Numbered from the stretch's first letter, positions 37,459 to 47,274 are shown. The stretch: DNA of 64,000 nt from Bacteroidales bacterium (GCA_034370405.1 JAXMKY010000026.1:2740-66739); one strand, 5' to 3'. Numbers and translations: made by a program. Notes: generated from the letters alone by a model not told the origin.

Positions 37459-39933
37459 ATGAAGATATCGTGTAATTGGCTTAGGAAATACACCGGAATA
37501 GAAACAACACCCGAACAAATTGCCCAAATCCTCTCCAACTGTGGCCTTGAAGTTGAAGGGACGGAAGTTTTTGAAACTGTAAAAGGAAGCCTGAAAGGAG
37601 TAGTGGTTGGCGAAGTGCGCACGTGTGTGAAAGATCACGCTACAGACAAACTCAGCCTTACTACGGTTGACATAGGCAGTGCTGAACCATTAAATATTGT
37701 ATGCGGCGCACCCAACGTGCGTGCCGGCCAAAAAGTGTTGGTGGCAACTGTGGGAACCACACTTTATATGGGCGAAAATCAACTCATCATAAACAAAACA
37801 AAAATCCGTGGCAAAGTATCCGAAGGGATGATATGTGCCGAGGACGAGCTTGGGCTGGGTACTTCGCACGATGGCATCATGGTCCTCGATAGCAGTGTAA
37901 AGCCAGGAATGCCAGCCGCTGGACTTTTCAACATAAGCAATGATGTTGTGCTCGAAATCGGGCTAACTCCCAATCGCGCAGACGCAGCCTCATACATTGG
38001 GGTTGCCCGCGACCTAATCGCTGCATGGAATACCTTGCATGTTAGTGAGCCACACAAACACGCAAAACTTCAATTGCCTGATATCTCTGGTTTTAGCATA
38101 GATAATACTGATTTACCTATACCGGTCGAAGTTATGGACGCTGACGCCTGCCCGCGTTATTCGGGAATTACCATCAGTAGCATCAAGGTAGCGGCGTCAC
38201 CGCTTTGGTTAGAGAGTTTTCTGAAAGCTTCGGGTGTTAGGCCCATCAATAACATCGTGGATATCACCAACTTTGTATTGCTCGAGCTTGGGCAACCTTT
38301 GCATGCCTTTGATGCAGAAAAGATCAAAGGGCAGAAAGTTGTGGTGCGTACATTGCCAGAGGGTACTCCGTTCAATACCCTTGATGGGATTGAAAGAATC
38401 CTCACAGCCGATAACCTTATGGTTTGCGACGCTCTTGAGGGTATGTGTATCGGCGGCGTATTTGGCGGCCAAGGTTCGGGAGTGAGCGAACAAACAACCA
38501 GTATTTTTCTTGAAAGTGCATATTTCAATCCCGTTTCGATTCGTAAAACATCAAAGCATCATGGCCTGAAAACCGATGCCTCGTTCCGTTTTGAGCGCGG
38601 CACCGATCCTAATATCACAGTGTTTGCACTGAAGCGCGCAGCTATGCTGATACGTGAAATTGCAGGCGGAAGCATATCGTCGAAAATTGCAGATGTGTAT
38701 CCCAAACCCATTGATCATCGCCTGGTGGAAGTGACTTATGAAAATGTTAAAAGACTCATTGGTAAACGGATTGATACAAATATCATCCTCAACATGTTGC
38801 CCTGGCTTGGTATTGAAATTATCCGGCACAACGAGCAAGGATTCGTGGCCGCTGTGCCGCCTTTAAAGCCCGATGTGTATCGCGAAGTTGATATCATTGA
38901 AGAGATACTACGCATCTATGGTTACAACAACATCGAAATTGATCAACCTTTACGTTCTTCCATTTCGATTTCCGAAAAGCCTGACCGCCATGCACTGCGC
39001 AATCATGTTTCGGACTTTCTGACACATAATGCCTTCTATGAAATCATGTGCAATTCGTTATCAAAATCTGCCTATGCACAGGATTTTCCATTTCTACTGC
39101 CCGATAAGTTTGTTACCATTCTTAATCCCATCAGCCGCGATCTGGATGTGATGCGGCAAACGCTTCTCATAGGAGGTTGTGAGGCCATTGTATTCAACAT
39201 GAACCGGAAAAATAACGACCTGAAATTTTACGAGTTTGGGAAGGTATATTTTCGTGATCCATCGGTTAAGGCCAATGACGATCAGGTAGAGGGATACAAC
39301 GAGCATTGGCGATTAGGAATTTTCGTGACCGGGCTCAAACAGCCTGAATCATGGCGGCATGCTGATGACAGAGCTGACTTTTTTAGCCTTAAGGCCATTG
39401 TAGCGAAAATATTTGAACGCCTTGGTATCGAAAATGCTGTGAACAGCATCGCCGAAGTGAACCCCGGGATTTTTGAATACGCGCTTACCTACCAAGCCAA
39501 CGGTCAAGTGGTGTCTGAGTTGGGAAAGTTGAAACATGATATCGCAAGAAAATTTGACATCAAGCAAGATGTTTTTTATGCCGACATTAACTGGGATTTG
39601 TGCATAACACTTGTATCAGGGCGCAACGCACTGACCTATAAAGCCCTGCCAAAATATCCGGAGGTGCGGCGCGACCTTTCCTTGTTGGTCAACACTGCCA
39701 CCACTTTCGACGCCATTGTAAGGATTGCACGGAAAACTGAGGCTGAATTACTGAGAAACATTAATTTGTTTGATGTGTATGAAGGCGACCGCATCGAGAA
39801 AGGGAAAAAATCCTATGCGGTGAGTTTCATTCTGCGGGATGATACGAAAACACTTAAAGACGAAGATATTGAAGGCATCATGTACCGATTACTGGGTGCT
39901 TTCGAAAAAGAACTTGGTGCGCAGCTCCGTTAA
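37459..39933 (+). CDS. pheT: Phenylalanine--tRNA ligase beta subunit
   Basis: The N-terminus is MKISCNWLRKY. A tRNA-binding OB domain (KIRGKVSEGMICAEDELG), B3/4 and B5 domains, and a C-terminal FDX-ACB domain are present. Size is 824 aa. Confidence 0.96.
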   Translation: MKISCNWLRKYTGIETTPEQIAQILSNCGLEVEGTEVFETVKGSLKGVVVGEVRTCVKDHATDKLSLTTVDIGSAEPLNIVCGAPNVRAGQKVLVATVGTTLYMGENQLIINKTKIRGKVSEGMICAEDELGLGTSHDGIMVLDSSVKPGMPAAGLFNISNDVVLEIGLTPNRADAASYIGVARDLIAAWNTLHVSEPHKHAKLQLPDISGFSIDNTDLPIPVEVMDADACPRYSGITISSIKVAASPLWLESFLKASGVRPINNIVDITNFVLLELGQPLHAFDAEKIKGQKVVVRTLPEGTPFNTLDGIERILTADNLMVCDALEGMCIGGVFGGQGSGVSEQTTSIFLESAYFNPVSIRKTSKHHGLKTDASFRFERGTDPNITVFALKRAAMLIREIAGGSISSKIADVYPKPIDHRLVEVTYENVKRLIGKRIDTNIILNMLPWLGIEIIRHNEQGFVAAVPPLKPDVYREVDIIEEILRIYGYNNIEIDQPLRSSISISEKPDRHALRNHVSDFLTHNAFYEIMCNSLSKSAYAQDFPFLLPDKFVTILNPISRDLDVMRQTLLIGGCEAIVFNMNRKNNDLKFYEFGKVYFRDPSVKANDDQVEGYNEHWRLGIFVTGLKQPESWRHADDRADFFSLKAIVAKIFERLGIENAVNSIAEVNPGIFEYALTYQANGQVVSELGKLKHDIARKFDIKQDVFYADINWDLCITLVSGRNALTYKALPKYPEVRRDLSLLVNTATTFDAIVRIARKTEAELLRNINLFDVYEGDRIEKGKKSYAVSFILRDDTKTLKDEDIEGIMYRLLGAFEKELGAQLR

Positions 39934-40031
39934 AATAGTTCTGCCCAATCGTTTGAACTCATAGGGTGTAGTTCAACAATTTCCCTAAAGCCACAGGTTT
40001 TCAATGATTGGCATACTATCGCCCCTTCATA

Positions 40032-43000
40032 TTAAAACTCTAACAACTCTTTTTCAAGCTCAGGGTAGATATGGTCAATCATGGCCTGCAACTGAATTGT
40101 TTTTGATATAGCTGTTACTATTTTGCTGTAATGCGTTTCGTCGCCAATATCCTTGCCGGCTTTTTTCCTGTCGTCAAGATATTTTTTCAGCACCTGGTAT
40201 CCGCCAATTCTGTAATTCCACACTTCTGGGCTAATGTTTTCAAAATATTTGCCCTGGTTAATGTACACACGTTGTTCATGCTCGTTGTAAACTACTTTTT
40301 CAACCTTGTTGTTAGAGCCTTCTCCCTGGTATTTTGAAACTAAAGAGTGAATAGCAGAATCCTTTAACAGATGGAGATTAACTAATTCTTCACCAAAGGC
40401 CGCCATTTGTATAAATGTCTGGTAGTTGGCTGTAAATGGCACCCGCGGAAAATCAATCTTTAAGAACTCAGCATACTTCTGGCGGTAAATATTGCTATAA
40501 AAAACTGCATAGATATAATAAAGGATTTCTTCGGGTGTGAGTTGCTTTTGATAAGCATTATTTAGCTTTTCATAGAGAGCTGTATTAATATTTGGGGTTT
40601 TGGCTTTGTATTCTGCTTCGGGTTCAAAAAGCATCATGGATTGGAAACGAGACTTTTGGGAAATTTTCTCTTTGTATAGATAAAGAGGTGCCTGCTGAAT
40701 AATACCTTTTGAACTAAAAAACGTTCGGTTATCAACTATGTAATTTGAAACAAGAAAATGGGTATAATCCATATCCCCTGAAAATTGACGCATAAAGCAG
40801 ATGGAAAGATTCTTTTCTTTTTCCAGCATGTGGCGCATCACTTCTTTCCTTGTCCTAAAAACAATATTTTCCTGATAGTAAATGTGCCTTATGTCAAATG
40901 GACGGTAAAGTATTTCCTTAAAATAATTTTCCCAATCAGCCACTTTTCTAAACGCTTCTCTTTGCTCGGCAATTTTCCATTGGTAATTGTCATTAACATT
41001 ATATGCTTGCTCTATGGTATGGTCGTCAACATTCTTGTTTCTAAACATCATTATTTTTGTACGCAATGAGTTTTCGGTAAAATCAATAGCTAATCCATCC
41101 CTTGCAGTTACAATGCCGGTAACATTAACCGGAAATATTTTATTTATGGCTTTCCATTCGAGATAACTTTTTATCTTATCCGTATCACGTGGAATAAAGA
41201 AGTACCAAGGGCTTTCAGGTGATATATTATCATAATTTTCCTGCTTGAAATCATTAGAATTCAACCAGTCGTATTTTACTTCACGTAAACCATACTGGTC
41301 AGCATGGTAAACCTTGCAACCTTTTCTATTCTTTTGCTTCACGAATAGTGCAATTGCTGTTCCCTGCCGTATATCAAATACATTTTCGTCCTTACTTCCA
41401 TCTGGGCAGGTTTCCTTTTTAAGGCTGTTTCCATGCAGGTCGAGAATATAAATCTCGTTGAAGGTGTTCATCAAACTTTGGCGCATACCTCTGAAAGTGG
41501 GATTGTCGAGATAGCTATGGTTGGTAATCATTCCAACAACTCCGGAGCCTGCCTTATGTATTTTCCATTGGGCAAAACGAAGAAATTTTACATAATCGTC
41601 CTGTAACCAAAGTTTCTTTTCACCCAAAGGGTTGCCATCAACTTCATAATAGCTTGTTGCCCCATCAACGCATTGCTTTAGAAGTTTTTCAGTCCAGGTA
41701 TTTATATTCGAGGATATACCACTATATGGCGGATTACCCAAAATAACCAACACCGGCTGTTCCTTTTTTACTTTACCTGCCAAATGGCTTTCTTCGCTTA
41801 ATGAGCTTAATCCCGGGATTTGAATCTGCTCCAAATCTTCCATCTCAAGGGTATTGGTAAGATAAAGTTTGAAACGTTCATCATCGCCTATGCTATAGCC
41901 TAATTCTTCCAGCAGGAAACTCATTTTCAGATGTCCGATAGCATAAGGTGCCATCATCAGTTCAAAAGCATAAAAATTTTGGAGTATGTGGTTTTTAATC
42001 AGCTTCGTTTTACCGCCCGTACCATATTTATCAGTATATTCTTTTACTGCAACCTTAATTGCTTCGGCAGGAAAAGTGAGCGTTCCGCCGGCAGGGTCAA
42101 GTAAAGTAACTTCTTCACTTGCCAGTCCATCCGATAAGTCAAAGTGGGTTTTTAAGATTTGATTTATTGAACGAACGATATATCCCACAACAGGTTCGGG
42201 AGTATAATAAACACCACGTTTATCTCTAATTGTGGGGTCGTAAGCTGTAAGAAAAGTTTCGTAGAAATGAAGAATCGGGTCTTGTCCTTTTCCCTCACGA
42301 TAATAATCCTGCAGAATTTTATTTACATCAGCTACGCTGAGCACTTCGGCAATATCATCCACTATTATTTGTAATGGCTTTGGCGGATCTTCGAGCGATA
42401 TAAACCGGAATACATCACGGAGAATACCGATAGTATGAGGAATGTGCCTGAAAGCCAGCTCACGGTTAAACGAATTGTCGGAACGAGTTCTGGCCGCAAA
42501 GAGACCGTAGGTAATGGTTTGCGAATACAAATCGGCGAACGATTGCTCGGTGAGGGTACCGATCAGGTACTTCTTAAATGCTTCGTAAAATCCCAGAATC
42601 GCCTTTTTCCCTGATCTACCTTCTTCTGCCAGCTCAATGCTAACCACTTCGTCCCTCAAAAACCTTGTTCTTTTAGCCAGCTCAAGTGCCAATGATTTTG
42701 AATTGCGCACTTGGGGTAATGAAAATGAAAAGAAGGTATTCAATAAATCATTAAACCCGATTTCGTTCTCAACAGGTGGGGCTGTTTTCAGCTTCCTTGC
42801 AATTGAGGATCGCCCTATCGAGGTTTTTTTTATCAGTTCTCCATCACGATAAAGCCTGAATTCGTAAAAATTTGTCAAGATTACATTTGGAAATGTATTT
42901 CTGTATCGCTTAAGTTGATCAGATTCTGCAATCCAGTCAAGATTAGTTACCGACGGATCTTTGGCTTCTATATATCCGGTAATGTGGTTGCTTCCATCCC

Positions 43001-43184
43001 AAACCCGGAAATCGGGGTTACCGGCTTCCGTTTTTTTTGGAAGAATGGTGATTTCAACCGTTTTGATGTTGTTATCGTCTGCAAAATTCCGAATTAACCA
43101 ATCAAGGTGTGTGTAGTAGCTTTCTTCTCTTGCATCACCTTGGTTAATAGCTTTTTGAAGAAGATTTAAATATTCTTTGAGCAT
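40032..43184 (-). CDS. Single-chain restriction-modification-like enzyme: N-terminal PD-(D/E)xK nuclease motif + gamma-class N6-adenine DNA methyltransferase + Type ISP/YeeA-style C-terminal specificity region
   Basis: GNPDF...GYIEAKDP gives P57-D58 and E73-x-K75. GVYYTPEPVV, LLDPAGGTLTF and NPPY at aa 484-487 (nt 41724-41735) are present. The C-terminus has WNYRIGGYQVLKKYLDDRK. Sampled 60-nt lines are 32-37% GC, against 53-55% in the flanking genes. Confidence 0.8.
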   Translation of the reverse strand: MLKEYLNLLQKAINQGDAREESYYTHLDWLIRNFADDNNIKTVEITILPKKTEAGNPDFRVWDGSNHITGYIEAKDPSVTNLDWIAESDQLKRYRNTFPNVILTNFYEFRLYRDGELIKKTSIGRSSIARKLKTAPPVENEIGFNDLLNTFFSFSLPQVRNSKSLALELAKRTRFLRDEVVSIELAEEGRSGKKAILGFYEAFKKYLIGTLTEQSFADLYSQTITYGLFAARTRSDNSFNRELAFRHIPHTIGILRDVFRFISLEDPPKPLQIIVDDIAEVLSVADVNKILQDYYREGKGQDPILHFYETFLTAYDPTIRDKRGVYYTPEPVVGYIVRSINQILKTHFDLSDGLASEEVTLLDPAGGTLTFPAEAIKVAVKEYTDKYGTGGKTKLIKNHILQNFYAFELMMAPYAIGHLKMSFLLEELGYSIGDDERFKLYLTNTLEMEDLEQIQIPGLSSLSEESHLAGKVKKEQPVLVILGNPPYSGISSNINTWTEKLLKQCVDGATSYYEVDGNPLGEKKLWLQDDYVKFLRFAQWKIHKAGSGVVGMITNHSYLDNPTFRGMRQSLMNTFNEIYILDLHGNSLKKETCPDGSKDENVFDIRQGTAIALFVKQKNRKGCKVYHADQYGLREVKYDWLNSNDFKQENYDNISPESPWYFFIPRDTDKIKSYLEWKAINKIFPVNVTGIVTARDGLAIDFTENSLRTKIMMFRNKNVDDHTIEQAYNVNDNYQWKIAEQREAFRKVADWENYFKEILYRPFDIRHIYYQENIVFRTRKEVMRHMLEKEKNLSICFMRQFSGDMDYTHFLVSNYIVDNRTFFSSKGIIQQAPLYLYKEKISQKSRFQSMMLFEPEAEYKAKTPNINTALYEKLNNAYQKQLTPEEILYYIYAVFYSNIYRQKYAEFLKIDFPRVPFTANYQTFIQMAAFGEELVNLHLLKDSAIHSLVSKYQGEGSNNKVEKVVYNEHEQRVYINQGKYFENISPEVWNYRIGGYQVLKKYLDDRKKAGKDIGDETHYSKIVTAISKTIQLQAMIDHIYPELEKELLEF

Positions 43185-43221
43185 TCCATGAATTTTAATT
43201 TTTCTAATTTACCAGATTGGA

Positions 43222-44286
43222 TTATCGCTTTAAATACATCTCTTCATAATATTTCAGGTAATCACCCGAAGTTACTTCATCCAACCATTGTTGGTTATTC
43301 AGGTACCAGTCAACCGTAATCCTGATGCCTTCTTCAAACTGGAGCGAGGGTGTCCATCCCAATTCTCGTTGCAGTTTACCCGAGTCAATAGCATAGCGCA
43401 GGTCGTGGCCGGGGCGGTCTTTTACATAGGTGATCAACTTTTCTGATGTGCCTTGCGGGCGCCCCAGTTTATCGTCCATAACTTCACAAATAACCTTTAT
43501 CAGATCAATGTTTTTCCATTCGTTGTTACCGCCAATGTTATATGTTTCACCCACAAGCCCTTTGTGAAAAATGGTATCTATTGCTTGGGCATGATCTATC
43601 ACATAAAGCCAGTCGCGTACATTTTCGCCCTTGCCATAAACCGGCAACGGTTTGCTGTGGTGTATATTATTGATAAAAAGCGGTATCAGTTTTTCCGGGA
43701 ACTGGTTAGGGCCATAATTGTTAGAGCAGTTGGATATAAGCACAGGCAAACCATAGGTATCGTGATAGGCCCTTACAAGGTGGTCGCTGCTGGCCTTGGA
43801 AGCAGAATAGGGGCTGTGCGGATCGTAGGGCGTTTCTTCGGTAAAGAAACCTTCTTCGCCCAACGAACCATATACCTCATCGGTGGAGATATGATAAAAG
43901 AGTTTCTCAGTAAAACTATCCTGCCAACTAAACTTGGCAGTATTGAGCAGGTTTACGGTTCCTACAATGTTGGCCATGATGAACTCCATGGGGCTGGCGA
44001 TGGAGCGGTCAACATGCGATTCGGCTGCCAGGTGGATAACCGCATCGAAACGGTGCTCGGCAAATAACTTCACCATATATTCGCCATCCACAATATCGGC
44101 TTTGATGAACCGGTAATTGGGCTTTGCTTCAATATCCCTGAGATTAGCCAGGTTGCCGGCATAGGTCAGCTTATCGAGGTTGTAAATTAAATATCCGGGA
44201 TACTTGTTCACGAATAGCCTGACCACGTGCGAACCGATAAAACCCGCACCGCCGGTGATAAGAATGTATTTTTGATAATCTTTCAT
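43222..44286 (-). CDS. rfbB: dTDP-glucose 4,6-dehydratase
   Basis: TGGAGFIGSH, YSASKASSDHLV and HISTDEVYG are present. Size is 354 aa. Confidence 0.95.
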   Translation of the reverse strand: MKDYQKYILITGGAGFIGSHVVRLFVNKYPGYLIYNLDKLTYAGNLANLRDIEAKPNYRFIKADIVDGEYMVKLFAEHRFDAVIHLAAESHVDRSIASPMEFIMANIVGTVNLLNTAKFSWQDSFTEKLFYHISTDEVYGSLGEEGFFTEETPYDPHSPYSASKASSDHLVRAYHDTYGLPVLISNCSNNYGPNQFPEKLIPLFINNIHHSKPLPVYGKGENVRDWLYVIDHAQAIDTIFHKGLVGETYNIGGNNEWKNIDLIKVICEVMDDKLGRPQGTSEKLITYVKDRPGHDLRYAIDSGKLQRELGWTPSLQFEEGIRITVDWYLNNQQWLDEVTSGDYLKYYEEMYLKR

Positions 44287-44375
44287 ACGAAACTTGTTGT
44301 AATAGATTGTGAATTATTTTGTTACATCTTTAGACTGACGAATATCAAGAATACAATATGGGGCACTTAAACCAA

Positions 44376-45407
44376 TCATTGAGTTTTGAGTTCAATGTTT
44401 CTCAGCGCTTTCTCCCATTCCCAGGCTGAGTGTGTCATTTCATCCAGGCCAAGAGCTGCCTTCCAGCCCAATTCACGGTTGGCAAAGGATGTGTCGGCCC
44501 ATACTTGTTCTATATCTCCTGCACGGCGGGCTACGATTTTGAAATTTATCTTAATCCCGCTAACTTTTTCAAACGAGCGCAGCACTTCCAACACCGAATA
44601 GCCGCTGCCGGTTCCAAGGTTAAAAACTTCAAAATTTGATTTGCATTGGTTGCTCAACATCCGTTTCACTGCTACAACGTGCGCTTTGGCCAGGTCCACC
44701 ACATGAATATAGTCGCGGATCGCAGTACCATCAGGAGTCGGATAATCATCGCCAAAAACACTTAATACTTCCCGTTTTCCAATAGCCGTTTGTGTAATAA
44801 AAGGCATCAGGTTATTCGGAACACCAATAGGATATTCGCCGATCAATGCCGAAGCATGCGCACCTATTGGATTGAAGTAACGCAGGGCAATTGCTTTGAG
44901 TTTGGTGGCGATGCAAACATCATGGATGATTTCCTCCGAAACCTGCTTGGTGTTGCCATAAGGCGACCAGGCCGGTTTGATTAGTGATTGTTCCGATACC
45001 GGCAATTCATCTGGTTGTCCGTAAACAGTGCACGATGAAGAGAAAACAAGATTCCCGGCGCCCTGCTTTTCCATGTTCTTGATCAGGTTGATGAGAGAGT
45101 AGAGGTTGTTGCGGTAATACATCAATGGCTTTGCAACAGATTCGCCCACAGCTTTGTGTGCTGCAAAGTGTATGGCCGCGTTAATACCGGTGTAATGATT
45201 GAAAAAACATTCAGTCGCATCAGCATCAGCCAGATCTAATTCCAGAAAATCAGGTCTCTTGCCTGTGATTTGGGCGATGGAATCAACTACTCCGGCATAC
45301 GAATTACAGAGATTATCTACAATAACTACTTCGTAGCCTTGCTGCATCAACTCCACCACCGTATGCGAGCCAATGTAACCTGTTCCTCCTGCGACAAGAA
45401 TTTTCAT
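44376..45407 (-). CDS. galE: UDP-glucose 4-epimerase
   Basis: GGTGYIGSH, YGNTKQVSE (YxxxK) and RDYIHVVDLA are present. Size is 343 aa. Confidence 0.93.
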   Translation of the reverse strand: MKILVAGGTGYIGSHTVVELMQQGYEVVIVDNLCNSYAGVVDSIAQITGKRPDFLELDLADADATECFFNHYTGINAAIHFAAHKAVGESVAKPLMYYRNNLYSLINLIKNMEKQGAGNLVFSSSCTVYGQPDELPVSEQSLIKPAWSPYGNTKQVSEEIIHDVCIATKLKAIALRYFNPIGAHASALIGEYPIGVPNNLMPFITQTAIGKREVLSVFGDDYPTPDGTAIRDYIHVVDLAKAHVVAVKRMLSNQCKSNFEVFNLGTGSGYSVLEVLRSFEKVSGIKINFKIVARRAGDIEQVWADTSFANRELGWKAALGLDEMTHSAWEWEKALRNIELKTQ

Positions 45408-45443
45408 GTATATATAGTATAAGGCCTAATGGATTTAAATACT

Positions 45444-45525
45444 GAACATTAGAACATTAGAACAATTGAATTAAGAATTTCGAATGCAATCGAACCTTGA
45501 ACCTCGAACCTCGAACTTTGACCCT
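45444..45525 (-). repeat. Two short tandem repeat blocks in the wbpD-like/galE intergenic spacer
   Basis: gaacatta x2 plus gaacaatt lies at 45444-45467. Heptads cgaacct tgaacct cgaacct cgaactt tgaccct lie at 45491-45525. Confidence 0.85.
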
Positions 45526-45527
45526 TC

Positions 45528-46103
45528 CTAAATCTTCCTTACTCTGTTATCTTTCAGCATATACTTTTCGTGGCTTTCGGAACACACGGCGAAACCTTCG
45601 TTATTAAAATGCAGGCGATGGCCATATTCACTCATCCAGCCCACATGCCTGGCGGGATTACCCAGCACGAGTGCATAAGGAAGTACTTCTTTTGTCACAA
45701 CAGCACCTGCACCAATAAAAGCAAACTCGCCGATATTGTGTCCGCAAACAATGGTAGCATTGGCACCGATAGAAGCACCTCGTTTTACAACAGTTTCAAC
45801 GTATTCACCTCGCCTTACAAGTGCACTCCGTGGGTTCACAACATTTGTGAAAACCATCGAAGGACCGAGAAAAACATCATCTTCGCAAATAACACCGGTA
45901 TAGAGGCTTACATTGTTTTGAATCTTAACATTGTTGCCCAGCACCACCCCGGGCGACACCACCACGTTTTGGCCGATGTTGCAATTCTCGCCGATCACAC
46001 AGTTGGGCATGATATGGCTGAAATGCCAGATTTTGCTTCCTCTTCCAATCTTACAGCCTTCTTCAATCACAGCGGTTTCGTGGGCAAAATATTCCTTTTC
46101 CAT
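45528..46103 (-). CDS. Hexapeptide-repeat sugar N-acetyltransferase, WbpD/WlbB-like
   Basis: The left-handed beta-helix repeats and the block IWHFSHI..IQNNVSLYTGVICEDDVFLGPSMVFTNVVNPRS..GWMSEYGHRL closely resemble WlbB/WbpD as I recall them. ATG 46103 lies 4 nt after the upstream gene. Confidence 0.8.
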   Translation of the reverse strand: MEKEYFAHETAVIEEGCKIGRGSKIWHFSHIMPNCVIGENCNIGQNVVVSPGVVLGNNVKIQNNVSLYTGVICEDDVFLGPSMVFTNVVNPRSALVRRGEYVETVVKRGASIGANATIVCGHNIGEFAFIGAGAVVTKEVLPYALVLGNPARHVGWMSEYGHRLHFNNEGFAVCSESHEKYMLKDNRVRKI

Positions 46104-46107
46104 CCGT

Positions 46108-47238
46108 TTACGCATTAATAAATTCAAGAACAGCACAGGTGATATAATTCAACTGATCTTCGTCTAACTCGGTATGCATTGGTAACGATATTACCCTTGA
46201 GCAAAGGTCTTCGGTAACAGGCAGGTTGCCTTTCTTATATCCATACGACTCATAGGCTGTTTGCAAATGGATAGGTACCGGATAATAAATCATGGCTGGT
46301 ATGCCTTTATTCATAAGGTGTTCCCTTAAACCTGCCCTGTCAACATCATAGAGCTTCAGCGTATATTGGTGAAAGACATGGGTTGAGACCCTGGAGCGAG
46401 CTGGTATCTTCAGGTGCTTGTTACCTGCAAAAGCCTGATCGTAATAATCAGCGGCTTGCTGCCGGGCGCCAGCATATTCGTCCAGGTATTGGAGTTTAAC
46501 CTTCAGCACAGCGGCCTGCAAACTGTCGAGGCGCGAGTTCACACCAATATCGTCGTGGTAATATCTTATCGTCATGCCATGATTCACGATACTCCGAAGT
46601 TTTTTAACAAGTGCATCATCATTTGTAAAAATAGCACCTCCATCACCATAACAACCCAAGTTTTTTGCAGGAAAGAAGGACGTGGTGCCAATGGTACCGA
46701 TGGTACCTGCTTTTTGTACTTGCCCATTACTAAAATGAAAATCAGAACCAATGGCCTGGCAATTGTCTTCGATGACGTATAAGTTATGTTTTTCAGCAAT
46801 CTGCATGATCGTTTCCATATCAGCACTTTGCCCAAAAAGATGCACAGGTATAATAGCCCTGGTTCTTGGTGTGATGCGGTGTTCAATATCATCGGGGTCA
46901 ATGTTGAAAGTATCAGGATCAACATCTGCGAAAACAGGAGTAAGTCCCAGCAGGGCAATCACTTCGGCCGTGGCAATGAAGGTAAAGGATGCGGTAATCA
47001 CCTCATCACCTGGTTTCAAGCCCAATGCCATCATCGAAACCTGGAGGGCATCAGTGCCATTGGCACACGGAATCACGTGTTTTACCCCAAGGTATTGTTC
47101 AAGCGAAAGTTGGAAATCCTTAACGGTAGGCCCGTTTATGAACGCCACTGAATCAATAACTTCCTGAATTGCGGAATTTATTTCAATTTTGATCTTATTG
47201 AATTGACCCTTCAGGTCAACCATGTGGATTTTATTCAT
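46108..47238 (-). CDS. DegT/DnrJ/EryC1/StrS family sugar aminotransferase (WbpE/WlbC-like)
   Basis: ANGTDALQ, TFIATAEV and TTSFFPAKNLGCYGDGGA (PLP Lys) are present. ATG 47238 was chosen; the longest ORF starts at 47274. Confidence 0.9.
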   Translation of the reverse strand: MNKIHMVDLKGQFNKIKIEINSAIQEVIDSVAFINGPTVKDFQLSLEQYLGVKHVIPCANGTDALQVSMMALGLKPGDEVITASFTFIATAEVIALLGLTPVFADVDPDTFNIDPDDIEHRITPRTRAIIPVHLFGQSADMETIMQIAEKHNLYVIEDNCQAIGSDFHFSNGQVQKAGTIGTIGTTSFFPAKNLGCYGDGGAIFTNDDALVKKLRSIVNHGMTIRYYHDDIGVNSRLDSLQAAVLKVKLQYLDEYAGARQQAADYYDQAFAGNKHLKIPARSRVSTHVFHQYTLKLYDVDRAGLREHLMNKGIPAMIYYPVPIHLQTAYESYGYKKGNLPVTEDLCSRVISLPMHTELDEDQLNYITCAVLEFINA

Positions 47239-47274
47239 ATAGAAAGCCTGATGAAAAAAGCAATGGTTTGGCAA

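Noticed and set aside
40032-43184. Interpretation as a full Type ISP or a Type I R-M system.
   Set aside because: No SF2 or DEAD-box ATPase motifs (Walker A/B) occur between the nuclease and MTase regions. No hsdR- or hsdS-like neighbours exist.
43453-46118. Plus-strand ORFs of 204 aa (43453-44067) and 182 aa (45570-46118).
   Set aside because: They are antisense to rfbB and to the hexapeptide acetyltransferase respectively. The latter merely mirrors the codon periodicity of the beta-helix repeats.
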